Positions 34,385-44,617 of a stretch of 64,000 nucleotides of DNA are shown piece after piece. A program made the position numbers and the translations under genes. The notes below the pieces were generated by a model. It did no database searches. It was not told where the DNA came from and worked only from the letters and a program-made list of their open reading frames with translations. Source of the stretch: Cyanophora paradoxa CCMP329 (lineage: Eukaryota > Plantae > Glaucophyta); assembly GCA_004431415.1 (NCBI GenBank), contig QPMI01000132.1, forward strand, positions 1-64,000. The letters run 5' to 3'. How positions within the stretch are numbered: position 1 is the stretch's first letter; the number at the start of each line of letters is the position of its first letter.

Positions 34385-35929
34385 ATGTCGCGGCTTCCAG
34401 TTGAGCTGCCGGCGAGTGAGCGTGATCGCATGATCGCACTCAACTCGACCGCGCCTGTGAGTGGCGTGTCCGTTCAGCAGATGACTGCTGCGGCGCCCGC
34501 AGTTGATGCGAAGGGCTTGCCCTCCATCACTCCGCTGTCTGCGAACCCAACCATCGAAGAAGTCGATGAGTGGCGCCAGCAGATTAGCACTTTCGTCTCC
34601 ACTCAGGCGCATAAGTATGCGTATGAGCCCGAGGGCGAAAACTGGACCAAGGTTGAAGCTCTTGGCGGCTTCATGGTCTCGCAGCTCTGCAAGGGCTCGC
34701 TGCGCTCCCAGATGCAGCGCATGCGTGACCAGCTGGAAGAGACTAAAGAATACCTTGCCAGCAAGCGCGCGCGGCTGGCCGTGCTGACTGCCTTGCCTAT
34801 CGAGGCCCGGCTCCCTGAGACCGAGGCCGAGATCCTGCAGCTCGAGAATGCAATCACGCGTCTCGAGGCTGAGATCGCTGAGGGCCGCAATAACTTCCAG
34901 CGCGCTCCGGGCGTTGCGAAGTACATCATTGCGCGCGTGACGAAGGGCCTGCCCCACGTCGCTGAAGCCGCGATCAACGCTGCGTACACGGGCGAAGACC
35001 CGCTGACGTGGGTGAACTGGATCGCCCCGCACGTGCGCCACACGCGCCCCGCGGGCAAATCATACGCTGAGCACTTGATCACCGTGATTGGGAACGCTCT
35101 CTCGCGCCGTCAGACCGGGCTCGACCCGCAGTATGACAACTACGAAGTCCGCGCTTCGATCGGCGCGCGCCAGAATGAGAATACGATGACGTACATTCTG
35201 CAGGAACTTCGCGGCGAGTTCGCGCGTTTTGGGGCTGAGCTCACTCCCCTGCGTGCTGAGCGGATTTTCGAGGAGCAGTGCGACCGCCACGGTCGCCGGA
35301 CCGTGCGCCTGCTGCAGGAGCCGTCCCAGGAGACTGAGCCCTTGGCAAAGCGCTCCAAGGGGCCGGCCGGCTTCAAGGCTCCGCCGTATGCCGGCGACGT
35401 GGATGCCACGCCAATTAAGGCTGTGAAGCCTGCAGCTGCAGCAGCGGCTCCTGCTGAGGCTGGGCGTGACCCCCCTCCTGCAGCTGATCGCGAGGCCCGG
35501 TCCCTCGTTTCTGCACATGGGTCCTCTTGGGCCGTGCAGTCTAGCTCGCCAGGCGCCCTTGCCGCTGTGATGCAGCGCATGGCTGAGCTTGGGTACCCTC
35601 AGTACCCTCCGGCTGAGTGCTGGAACTGTGCTGGCGACCCCAGTGTCCCAGCCTCCGAGCGCCTTCACTGGGCTTTCCTTTGCCCGAAGCGCCCCCCGCA
35701 CGCCCCCCGCCACCGCTGGGTGCGGCAGGATACGTACACGTATGATGACTCCTACGAAGACTCATACGAGGATGAGTACGATGAGGCAGCTGCAGCTGCA
35801 GCTGCGGCCGTGGATGAGGTCTGCGGTCGCTGCGGCGAGACTGGGCACCACCACAGTGCCTGCTCCGACCCGCCGACTCGTGCTAAAGGCAAGGCCCCTC
35901 TGGCCCTGCCTGCCCCCGAGGCCGAGTAA
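34385..35929 (+). CDS. gag: Gag-like protein with two zinc knuckles (element C)
   Basis: Intact 514-aa ORF with CWNC-x12-H-x4-C and CGRCGETGHHHSAC; clearly similar to the first ORF of B. Confidence 0.85.
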   Translation: MSRLPVELPASERDRMIALNSTAPVSGVSVQQMTAAAPAVDAKGLPSITPLSANPTIEEVDEWRQQISTFVSTQAHKYAYEPEGENWTKVEALGGFMVSQLCKGSLRSQMQRMRDQLEETKEYLASKRARLAVLTALPIEARLPETEAEILQLENAITRLEAEIAEGRNNFQRAPGVAKYIIARVTKGLPHVAEAAINAAYTGEDPLTWVNWIAPHVRHTRPAGKSYAEHLITVIGNALSRRQTGLDPQYDNYEVRASIGARQNENTMTYILQELRGEFARFGAELTPLRAERIFEEQCDRHGRRTVRLLQEPSQETEPLAKRSKGPAGFKAPPYAGDVDATPIKAVKPAAAAAAPAEAGRDPPPAADREARSLVSAHGSSWAVQSSSPGALAAVMQRMAELGYPQYPPAECWNCAGDPSVPASERLHWAFLCPKRPPHAPRHRWVRQDTYTYDDSYEDSYEDEYDEAAAAAAAAVDEVCGRCGETGHHHSACSDPPTRAKGKAPLALPAPEAE

Positions 35930-36790
35930 AATTCTCGTTGGGCCTGGCAGGCTTGGGCAGCCGCCAGAGCAAAGCCCTGCAAACATTTTGCAAAGCACCG
36001 CGAAATTTTTCGCCAGCCCCCGGCCTTCTGCGAAAGTGCCGGCGTGTCGCTGTAATATAGCGGCCAGTATACCTGCCATGAGCGGGCTGTACATTTGTAC
36101 ATTTGTACATAAACTCTTGACGTCAGGGACGACGTTTTCCGAGAAGAGGAGTGAGCTGACGAGCCTTGAGCTCGCGCCTCCCGAGGCCTGACCTGGGCCG
36201 GCCGTACCCTAGCGACGGGTACAGCGCTTTCCGAGAGGAGGAGTCCTTCCTTCCTCTCGCGATTAATATTGTGAGTGGGCCCTGGTGCGCATCTCGCGCA
36301 GCCGGCTGTGCGTGAGCACGTGATGAGCCCCTTGTAAATTTGTAAATATTTGTAAATATTGGCATCCGGTTCGCCCTCAGCGCGAAACCGAGCGTTGCGA
36401 ACCCCTCCGGGAGGGTACAAGTCTTCCGAGAGGAGGAGTCCATCCTCTCTCGCGAAGTGAGCCATAGAGCTCGCTGAAGAGGCGGCCCGACGCCCTGAGG
36501 CACGCCGGTACACACCCCACCGGGCGGCGCGGTTGCTGCTGCGGGTGTCAGTCTTCCGAGAGGAGGAGTCCCTCTAGCGGACCCCCTGATGAACGCCGTG
36601 ATCGGCCTCCGAGCCGTATACGTAGCGGGCGTGCGTTCTTGCACACCCAGTCGGGTGAGCTGCAGCCAAGCGTGAATGCGAGGCCGACGGCCGCCGGGCC
36701 CCCATGCCAGGCTAGCGCTGCCGATTGCCAGCTTCGGCGAGCTGAGCTGCCGAGCTCGAACGTGAGCGGAGGGGGCTGGGCCCGCGGCCC

Positions 36791-37240
36791 GCCTCACGCT
36801 GCAATAAAAGCTCCAGCGAGGCTCGCGATTCGCGGCCCGCACAAGAGAGCTGACGATGGGCGAGGAGCCTCATGGCCCCGTCGCATGCAAATCATTGAAT
36901 TGAAATCGCAAGGAGCTCCGGATTCCGCAAGGCCCGAGAGTCTGCGGCGGGAAGCTGCCTTCGCACGTGCTGAAAGCAAGAGGCCGCGGCCCAAGGCCCG
37001 TGCCCGCTGCACGTTCGGCCTCACGCTGCAATAAAAGCTCCAGCGAGGCTCGCGATTCGCGGCCCGCACAAGAGAGCTGACGATGGGCGAGGAGCCTCAT
37101 GGCCCCGTCGCATGCAAATCATTGAATTGAAATCGCAAGGAGCTCCGGATTCCGCAAGGCCCGAGAGTCTGCGGCGGGAAGCTGCCTTCGCACGTGCTGA
37201 AAGCAAGAGGCCGCGGCCCAAGGCCCGTGCCCGCTGCACG
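36791..37240 (+). repeat. Tandem duplication, 227-bp period (2 copies)
   Basis: 36791..37013 is repeated at 37018..37240. Confidence 0.95.
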
Positions 37241-38930
37241 CTGCTCCGTCGAGCCCCAGCGAGGCTCTCAGCCTGCGCGCATGCGCTAGGGAGCTGATCA
37301 TGACGACGAGCGCGCTGAAAGATGCGGCCCTTGGCCCCATCGCGCGCTGGAGCTGAAGCGCTCCAGGCGAGCGGCCCCGATGCCCTCGCGATGCGAGACG
37401 TGATCCGCGGGCCCCGAGCTCGGGATGCACTCTCAAAGAAAGCTCGATCGCGACGCCCGAGGCGATCGCGAGACGCCTGGTCCAGCGCTTGGCCGCGCGT
37501 CGTGAGCTTGACAGGCGGTCTCTCGAGCCCCTGCAAAATCTGTGAGCCTCCGAGCTCCAAAGAAGGGCGAGCCTGAGGCCATGGTGCCCTCGAAAGCTCG
37601 AGCCCGAAGCAAAGTCCTGGCCTGCGGCGCGCTCCGCGAGACGGTCAGGCCGCTGGCACTGGCCCCGAGCCTGGCGCAGCGACGGCTCCATTGCGAGCTT
37701 GGCGTTTATGAATTCATTGCAATTGAATTCAAGTCCTGGTAACGCCCGCCGAGTTGGCATCCAGGCGGCGCGCTGCGGCCACGAGCCGAGCGTGTGACGG
37801 GCATTATTGCCCCGCCCATCGTGAGCGAATGAAGTCCTGGGGACGCCCGTTCAGTTGGCATCCAGGCGGCGCGCTTCGACTCGGCGTCGAGCGACGCGAC
37901 GGGCAGACTTGCCCTCCGCCCATAGTGAGCGACGGGGCTTGACGATCCCGATCTTGGCGCGTTTCTGACGAGAACGGCGCGACGGGGCTAAACGACCCCT
38001 GGGCCCTATCCTGAATCGAAGTCCCAGTGAATGGGCGGTCGGCCGGCTCAAGGTCCGTGCACGACGACGAGAGCTCAACGTCTCTCATGCATGAGAATCC
38101 ACATCGGGGACGCTCGATGCTGGCTCTTCTCTCCTAGATGGAAGTCACGGGCTCGGGCAGGGGTGCCCGGCGCCGCGTGCGGCAGAACCGGAATGCACTC
38201 TTGTGAGCGGTACCCGGTCCCAGAGCCGGCTCTATCCTCGTCGGCACGGTTGAATCCCCGCCGATCCGATTACCTGTACTTCACCACTGCGAGAGCCTAA
38301 GGGGTGCTCGCCCGGGTGGAGCTCTGCGCGGCTCGCACTTGGGTCACTCGACCGCGTCGCGGTTGGGGGGCACACCGGAGGGGGCCGTGCGCTGCCTGCG
38401 CGCCGCGTCGCCCCGCGCTGCTCTTTCGCGTTCGCATCTGCGGCGTGCTCTCGCGGGGCTTGCATGGCATCTGGGCGAGAGCCCGCTGTGGAAAGACATC
38501 CAATGAACAAACCAATTCCTCATCTCCCTGAGCCGCCGGCTCGAAGCTTGACCTTGGCCCTCTGGGCCGGAGACAGACGATTATTTGCGGCCCATTGCCG
38601 CCCCCTTGACTCGGTTTTACATTTAGAATTTGGTGAATGATTTATATAATCAGATCTTGGCTTTGATTTAGAGATTCGATGATTTAGCGATGTGAATGGC
38701 CTCAGCCGGCTAGCGGTCTTCTTCCATTCCCGGCAGTAGCCGGCCACTTGTCTATTTTCAATTCCCGGCAGTCGAGCCGCCGGCGTGCGCGAAATTCGCG
38801 GATCTGTAAATACGGCTTCAAGTCTTTTATTCCCGGCAGTGTCCTGCCGCGAAACCTTGTAAATATGCTTGCTTGTAGTGAATTCCGTGATACTTAGCCC
38901 ACGAGGACGTGGCCTTCCGAGTGGAGGAGT

Positions 38931-39230
38931 TGTCGCATGCATGATTATCGTGCATGCGGAGCTAGATAGTGCAGCCTTCGTGCTGCTAGTTGCTAGTGCA
39001 GCCTACGTGCTGCTAGGGCCGACGTCGGCGTCAGTACGCCTCGGCCACCTCTTATTATAGCTAATACGGGTACGCCGGGCCTGTCCGGGTACACCTCATT
39101 CATTAGGGATACAGTGTTACTTGCAATACTACAGAAGCGACAGCGATCCCTCGTGATCCACTGAGCCCCGTCGAGCCGCGCTCGACCGGGAGCCTCCCCG
39201 CGTGCCTCACTACTAATCCCGCACGCGACA
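38931..39230 (+). repeat. Element C 3' LTR (preceded by PPT CCGAGTGGAGGAGT)
   Basis: Direct repeat of 33596..33895. Confidence 0.97.
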
Positions 39231-40088
39231 GCGATCGAGGAGGGTAACGGGGAACCCGTCCTCGTCGAGCTCAAGCTCGGACGCCTCGCGCGGGGCCTCA
39301 GGCCCCGGCACGGGCGGGGCGACCTCGCCATCGGAGCCCAGCTCCATGGGGTCGGCCTCGGGAGCCGGCGGTGGGCTCGGAGAGCGCGGGGCCGGCGGCA
39401 GGCCCTGCTCGACAGCGAGGCGGTGCCACTCGTCAACCTCCTGCCGCATCGCGGCCCAGGTGGTCGGCTTGCGGCCGCGCCGGGTCGGCGGGCCGGCCTG
39501 CGGCAGCTGCAGGGCTGCGGGCAGGGGCGCCTCCTGCCCAGCGGCAGGGCTCGGGGTTCGGGCGGCGCCGGGGCCCCTGGGGCTCGTCTTCGGCGTCCGC
39601 CGGCGCGGCTCTGGGCGCGCGCTCGGAGAGGGAGACGGGCTCATCGTCGGAGCCCTCTCGGAAGGCCTCAGGCGGCGCGCGCGTCCGGCGTGGACGCGGC
39701 CCCTGGGCGGGCTGGACGTCTCGCCTCGCGGCGGGAGCGCCCTCGAAGGCGAGCTGGCGCCGGAGACGGGCCTGTCGCCTCGCGACGAGGATCTCCGCCC
39801 GACTCGGCGGGGCCGCCGGCGTTTCGGCCTCGGCGGGCCCAGGCGCATGGGCGGGGCCCGGCAGCGCGGCCTCGTCCGGCTCATCAGCCAGCTCGGTCAG
39901 GCGGGGCCCGGCGGGGCTTCCACGGCAACCCGGGCGTCCGCAGCGCCCTCGGCGCCCAGAGCGACTGCAAACAGCGGCAGCGGCTCATCGAGGTCGCCGG
40001 GCTGGGCACGCCATGCCCGCAGCGCCAGCCAGCGCGTCAGGCGCGGCTGAGCTGCCGTCGGCGCCGCCAGGGGCGAGAACCGGGTGGT

Positions 40089-42090
40089 TCAACGGGGCCG
40101 CGAGCAGGCGTCGGGCCCTCCGTTATTGCGCCCCGCGCGGTACTCTACGACGAAGTCGTAGGACTGCAGGAGGAGGGACCAGCGTCCCAGCCTCCCAGAG
40201 GTCGCCTCGCGCGAGCGCAGCCACTGGAGCGCTTGGTGGTCCGTCCGGACCAGGAACTGGGGCCCTCCCAAGAGGAAGTGCCGCCAGTATTTTATTGCCC
40301 ATACAACCGCCAAGCACTCGAGCTCGGTGGCGGTGTAATTCCGCTCAGCGGGCGCCAGCGTTCGGCTGATGAACGCGATGGGCCGCTCACGGGCGGGCGA
40401 GCCGCCGTCGGACTGCGACAGGATCGCGCCGATGGCGTACGTCGACGCGTCGGTCGACAGGATGAAGGGCCGCTCGAAATCCGGGTACCCGAGTACCAGA
40501 TCCTCGAGCAGGGCAGCCTTCAGCGCCTCGAAGGCGGCTTGGTGGACCTCGGTCCATTGCCACACGGCGTCCCGAAGCAGCAGGCGCTGCAAAGGGTGGG
40601 TGACACGGGCAAACCCGTTCACGAACCGCCGGTAGTACCCGGCCAGGCCCAGGAACGACCTCAATTGGTCAGCGTTCGCTGGCGGCGGGTACTGGCGAAT
40701 GAACGCCAGCTTCGCGGGGTCCTGGCGGATCCCTTCGGCCGAGACGAGGTGCCCGAGCAGGGCAACCTCGGCCACCCCAAAGCGGCACTTGGAGGGCTTC
40801 AGGCGCAAGTTCGCCGGCATGATTGCGCGGAACAAGGCCTCGAGGTCCAGCAGGTGCTGGGGCACGCTCGGCGAGAACACCGTTATATCGTCGATATAAG
40901 CGGTGACGCAAGTCGTGAGCAGGGGGCCGAGGATGGCAGTCACGGCGCGCGAGAAGGCGGCCGGCCCGTTGGTCACACCGAACGGGGTCACGCGCCACTC
41001 GTAGTGGCCCAGGGCACCACGAAGGCCGTGTACTGCCGGGACGCAGGGTCCAGCGGCAGCTGCCAGAAGCCCGCCGTCGCGTCGACGGTCGAGAAGATCA
41101 TGGACCCCGCAGGCGGTCCAGCTGATCGTCGATCCGCGGCAGCGGAAAGACGTCGCGCTCGGTGATCGCATTTAAGCGTCGGTAATCGACGCAGAACCGC
41201 CAGGTGCCGTCCTTCTTAGGAGCGAGCACGACCGGCGAGCCGTAGGCGGCTTGCGAGGGCTGGATCAGGCCCAACTCAAGGAGCCGCTTTATTTCAGCAC
41301 GGGCGAAGGCCTCGGCGTGCGGGCTTACACGCCGCGGAGGCGTGAAGACGGGCAGCCGTGAGGTCAATCGGATCACGTGCTCGTAGTGGAGGAGGTTGGC
41401 CGTGCCCTCGGTGGCCGTGACCGAGTCGGCGAACGCGCGCGAATAGCGCTTGAGCAGAGCCTCGAGCTCGGCGCGTTCAGCAGTGCTCATCGCCGGATGC
41501 GAGCCGCATTCCGGGATTTTTGCACGTGCTTGGTTCCACTCCTCCTCTTCGGAAGACGACGTCCCCGTCGTTTCCGGAGGCGCCCTCGGGGGGCCGCCAT
41601 GGGAGGGGCCAGGCGCTGGGCCCGGAGGGGCGGCTCGCAGCGGCGCCTTGCCCTTGTCCTTGCCGCGCGCGGCAGAAGACTCGGCTGAGGAAGGCGCGCC
41701 CGGCGCGTCCGTGGTACGGACGGAGCAGCCAGGGCCGTCCAGCGGTGCTGGTGCCGTCACGGGGCGGGCGGCAGCTGTGCTCGGCGCAGGCGCCGGCGGC
41801 TCGGCTGCGTCGGCAGCGAGATTTATTTGATCCCCGGAGGGATTGGCGGGGACTGCGTTAGCCCCCTGGCGTGCAGCGCGAGCCGCGCGGGCGCGGCGGC
41901 GTGCGGCTCGCTCGGCGCGACGGGCCGGCCGGGTTCGTTCACGCTCCTCAGGGGAGGTCCAACCCGGGTACCCGACGTCGCGCTCGAGGTCGGAGTCGGT
42001 GTCGGACGACACCGGCTCATCGTGGAGCGCGAGGCCCTCCATTGTGACGATGGGGACCTCGTGGCCCTCGCCATCGTCGTCGCGCATCAT
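40089..42090 (-). CDS. pol: Reverse transcriptase + RNase H (element B; frameshifted near 41000-41170)
   Basis: SPVVLAPKKDGTWRFCVDYRRLN, TPFGVTNGP, YIDD, STDAS, ELECLA, TDH, PDACSR. Confidence 0.95.
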
Positions 42091-42740
42091 GCGGACAAAC
42101 AGCGGAGGTGCGCTCGGCGCAGGCTCCTGCCCTTCAGCTGCAGTCGCGTCGGACTGCCGGGCGGCGGTTGCCGCAAAGATAGGCCCCGGGGCAGGGTGCT
42201 GGGGCGGTTGCGCGCCTCAGCTGCCGTGTAAGCCGCGGCCGTTCGGTTGGCCCGGCGACGCATCGAGCGAAAGCCTTGTCCCCGTTTAGGGTAGAAGGCT
42301 CGCAGCGTGCGTATGAAAGTATCGGCGACCGCGCGCACGGGCGCGTCATCTGGTGGCGGGTCGTACCCGAAGTCGCCGGGCGGCAGGTTATTAGCCTCCG
42401 CCACCGCAACAACGGCCCCTGCTGGCAGCAGGACGGGCTCGTTGGCGGGATTTAATAGCCGCACGTGCAGGCTTCCGCCTGCGGCTGGGCGCCGGTGTAG
42501 CTGGTGGGGCGCGAGTACCCCGAGCGCCGACAAGGAGTCGGGCGCTGGCCCGACGGCGAGCGTCGGAGCCTGGTCCGCGGGCGGCGCAGGGCCGTCAATC
42601 ACGCAGCGGACCATCCACTCGCGCGCGTCCTTTAGGACGACAGGGCGAAGGACCCGGACAAGGAGAGGCCCCTTCGTTTGTCCGGGCAGCAAAAAGGGAT
42701 CACGTGGGGGCGGAATTGCGCGTCGCGCGCGTGCAGGCAC
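42087..42740 (-). CDS. Degenerate dUTPase-like segment after protease (element B)
   Basis: LHVRLLNPANEPVLLPAGAVVA matches A's FVQICNPHRRPVRLRAGTVIA. Confidence 0.5.
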   Translation of the reverse strand: MPARARRAIPPPRDPFLLPGQTKGPLLVRVLRPVVLKDAREWMVRCVIDGPAPPADQAPTLAVGPAPDSLSALGVLAPHQLHRRPAAGGSLHVRLLNPANEPVLLPAGAVVAVAEANNLPPGDFGYDPPPDDAPVRAVADTFIRTLRAFYPKRGQGFRSMRRRANRTAAAYTAAEARNRPSTLPRGLSLRQPPPGSPTRLQLKGRSLRRAHLRCLSA

Positions 42741-44617
42741 CAGCCAGAGCTGGTCGTGTCTATCCGCCCCTCGACCATCATGATCGTGCCGATGCCCACG
42801 AGCAGGTCGGCATTGGGGCCCAGGGAGCCGTCGGGGACGACGTACACGGCCCGCGAGACGTACACGTCACCGAAGCGCAGCACGACGTGCGCGATTTCGG
42901 CCGTGATCGTGGCGTGGTGCAGGAAGGCCCTCAGGACCTTCACGCCCGTGTACCGGGTGCCCGGGGGCATGTGGCGCTTCTCGCCAACTTCGCCCATAGC
43001 GCCGGTGTCAAAGAGGATTTGGACACGCGTGCTAGCGCCGAGAGTGCCGTCGGCATTCAGGGCGTAGACGAATCCTGGGCACTGCAGCTGCAGGCGCCGG
43101 AAATCGTGCGGGCGGCCCGAGATCCCATCGATCACATGCGCAATCGGGATAGGGGCGTTGAGGCCGCCGGGCGGGGCGCCTTCGGGGGACTCCGGGACCG
43201 CGAGGTCCGACGGACGGTCCGGGCCGTACCCGGTGAGGTCACCAGGGTCGGCGGCGGGCGTGGGGAAGTGCAGCGACGAGCGCTGCCGGCTGTTGCTGGC
43301 GTGCAACGCCGCGGACCGACTCTGCGGGGCTGCAGAGGTTTTCCGGTCCGGCCCGTCCGTGAGGGGCTGCGGCTCCCTGGTCGCAGCCGCCATGACGCTT
43401 TCGGCAATAGACCGCGGCTGCAGTGCAGCGCGCGTCGCGAAGTCGTCCTCGCCTTCATCGTCCCCGTAGACACGGAGGACGGCACGGGCGCCAGGACGGC
43501 AGCGGCCCTCGGCCTGGCGCGCCTGGGCCTGCCCGATCAGCCGGAGCAGCTCGGATTCGATCCGATCGAACTGTTCCAAGCTGGGAACGGCCGCAGCCCA
43601 AATCGTCGCTGCGACGTTAAGGGCCGCCCACGAGGCGCCGCTGGGCAGCGTCGTGCCCGGAAGATTGTGACCGGCGGCGGTCGCAATCTCGTCCAGGACT
43701 TCGGACAGAAGCGGCGGGCTTGCTTCGTTGCCAGCCTCGAGCAGGAGGCGCAAGCGAGCGCGCCAGTTTTTGGCGGCTTGGTAGTGGGCTGCACCGGCGC
43801 TGTCGCCGGGCGCCGGCGCGCCGGGGCCAGCAGGGGCGGTCACGCCCGGCATCGGCGGCCCGTACATCATGCCCGGCGGCCAATAGTAGCCGCCGCCTCC
43901 GGGCATCTGAGGCATCAGGGCCGGTGGCGGCCCGCCCCAGGTGGGCCGCGGCGGCGGCGGGCCCATGGGGAATGGCGGGTACGCCGCGGCGTCAGCCGGC
44001 GGGACACCGCTGGGCGCAACGCGAGCCCGCTTGTTGCGGCGCTCGGCTTCGGCAAGGAGGCGGGCGCGCGTCTCCTCCGGCGTGGGCGCCGGCGCGGGCG
44101 CGTCCTCGAGCTCGAGGCCGTGCTCACGCGCGACGGCAGCGAACGCTGCGTCATCGAGGCCGGCGAATTCGTCGGCGGCACTCGCCGCAGGCGCGGTCGA
44201 GGCGGTCACCGTGACGCGGTTGCCGTGCATCACGCGCCGGTCCCGGTGGGTGCCTTCACGGGCACGGCCACCACGAGCACGGTCGGCGGGGGACCGGGAG
44301 GAGGACTCGCGCGGCGGTGCAGAGCGAGCCTCGCGGCGCTCGGCTTCCGGGTGCTGCCGCTTCGCGCCTTGCGGCGTGCGGGACGCACGGCGCCGCTCAG
44401 GCACCGGCGAGCGGGAGGCGCGGGGAGCGGGGCTCGGCTCGCGCGACCCGGAGCCCGTTGTGCCCGAGGCAGAGGACGCTTCGTCCTTTGCCTTCTTGGG
44501 CGTCGAGTCGCCTCGGACTTGGGCCCGCAGGGTCTTCGGGATGACCTCGGGGCGGCGCCCGCTCCAGTGCATGAGGAGGGCAGCCGACATCCGGTAATGG
44601 AACGGCGTGACCGCCAT
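42632..44617 (-). CDS. Low-complexity/helical region followed by aspartic protease (element B)
   Basis: ILFDTGAMG and DLLVG motifs at the C-terminus of a 661-aa ORF. Confidence 0.85.
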   Translation of the reverse strand: MAVTPFHYRMSAALLMHWSGRRPEVIPKTLRAQVRGDSTPKKAKDEASSASGTTGSGSREPSPAPRASRSPVPERRRASRTPQGAKRQHPEAERREARSAPPRESSSRSPADRARGGRAREGTHRDRRVMHGNRVTVTASTAPAASAADEFAGLDDAAFAAVAREHGLELEDAPAPAPTPEETRARLLAEAERRNKRARVAPSGVPPADAAAYPPFPMGPPPPRPTWGGPPPALMPQMPGGGGYYWPPGMMYGPPMPGVTAPAGPGAPAPGDSAGAAHYQAAKNWRARLRLLLEAGNEASPPLLSEVLDEIATAAGHNLPGTTLPSGASWAALNVAATIWAAAVPSLEQFDRIESELLRLIGQAQARQAEGRCRPGARAVLRVYGDDEGEDDFATRAALQPRSIAESVMAAATREPQPLTDGPDRKTSAAPQSRSAALHASNSRQRSSLHFPTPAADPGDLTGYGPDRPSDLAVPESPEGAPPGGLNAPIPIAHVIDGISGRPHDFRRLQLQCPGFVYALNADGTLGASTRVQILFDTGAMGEVGEKRHMPPGTRYTGVKVLRAFLHHATITAEIAHVVLRFGDVYVSRAVYVVPDGSLGPNADLLVGIGTIMMVEGRIDTTSSGWCLHARDAQFRPHVIPFCCPDKRRGLSLSGSFALSS

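Larger units (their letters stand above)
33596..39230 (+). mobile_element. Element C: non-autonomous gag-only LTR element nested in element B
   Basis: Apparently identical 300-bp LTRs, TSD GCGAT (33591-33595, 39231-39235), PBS and PPT related to those of B, and no pol. Confidence 0.95.
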
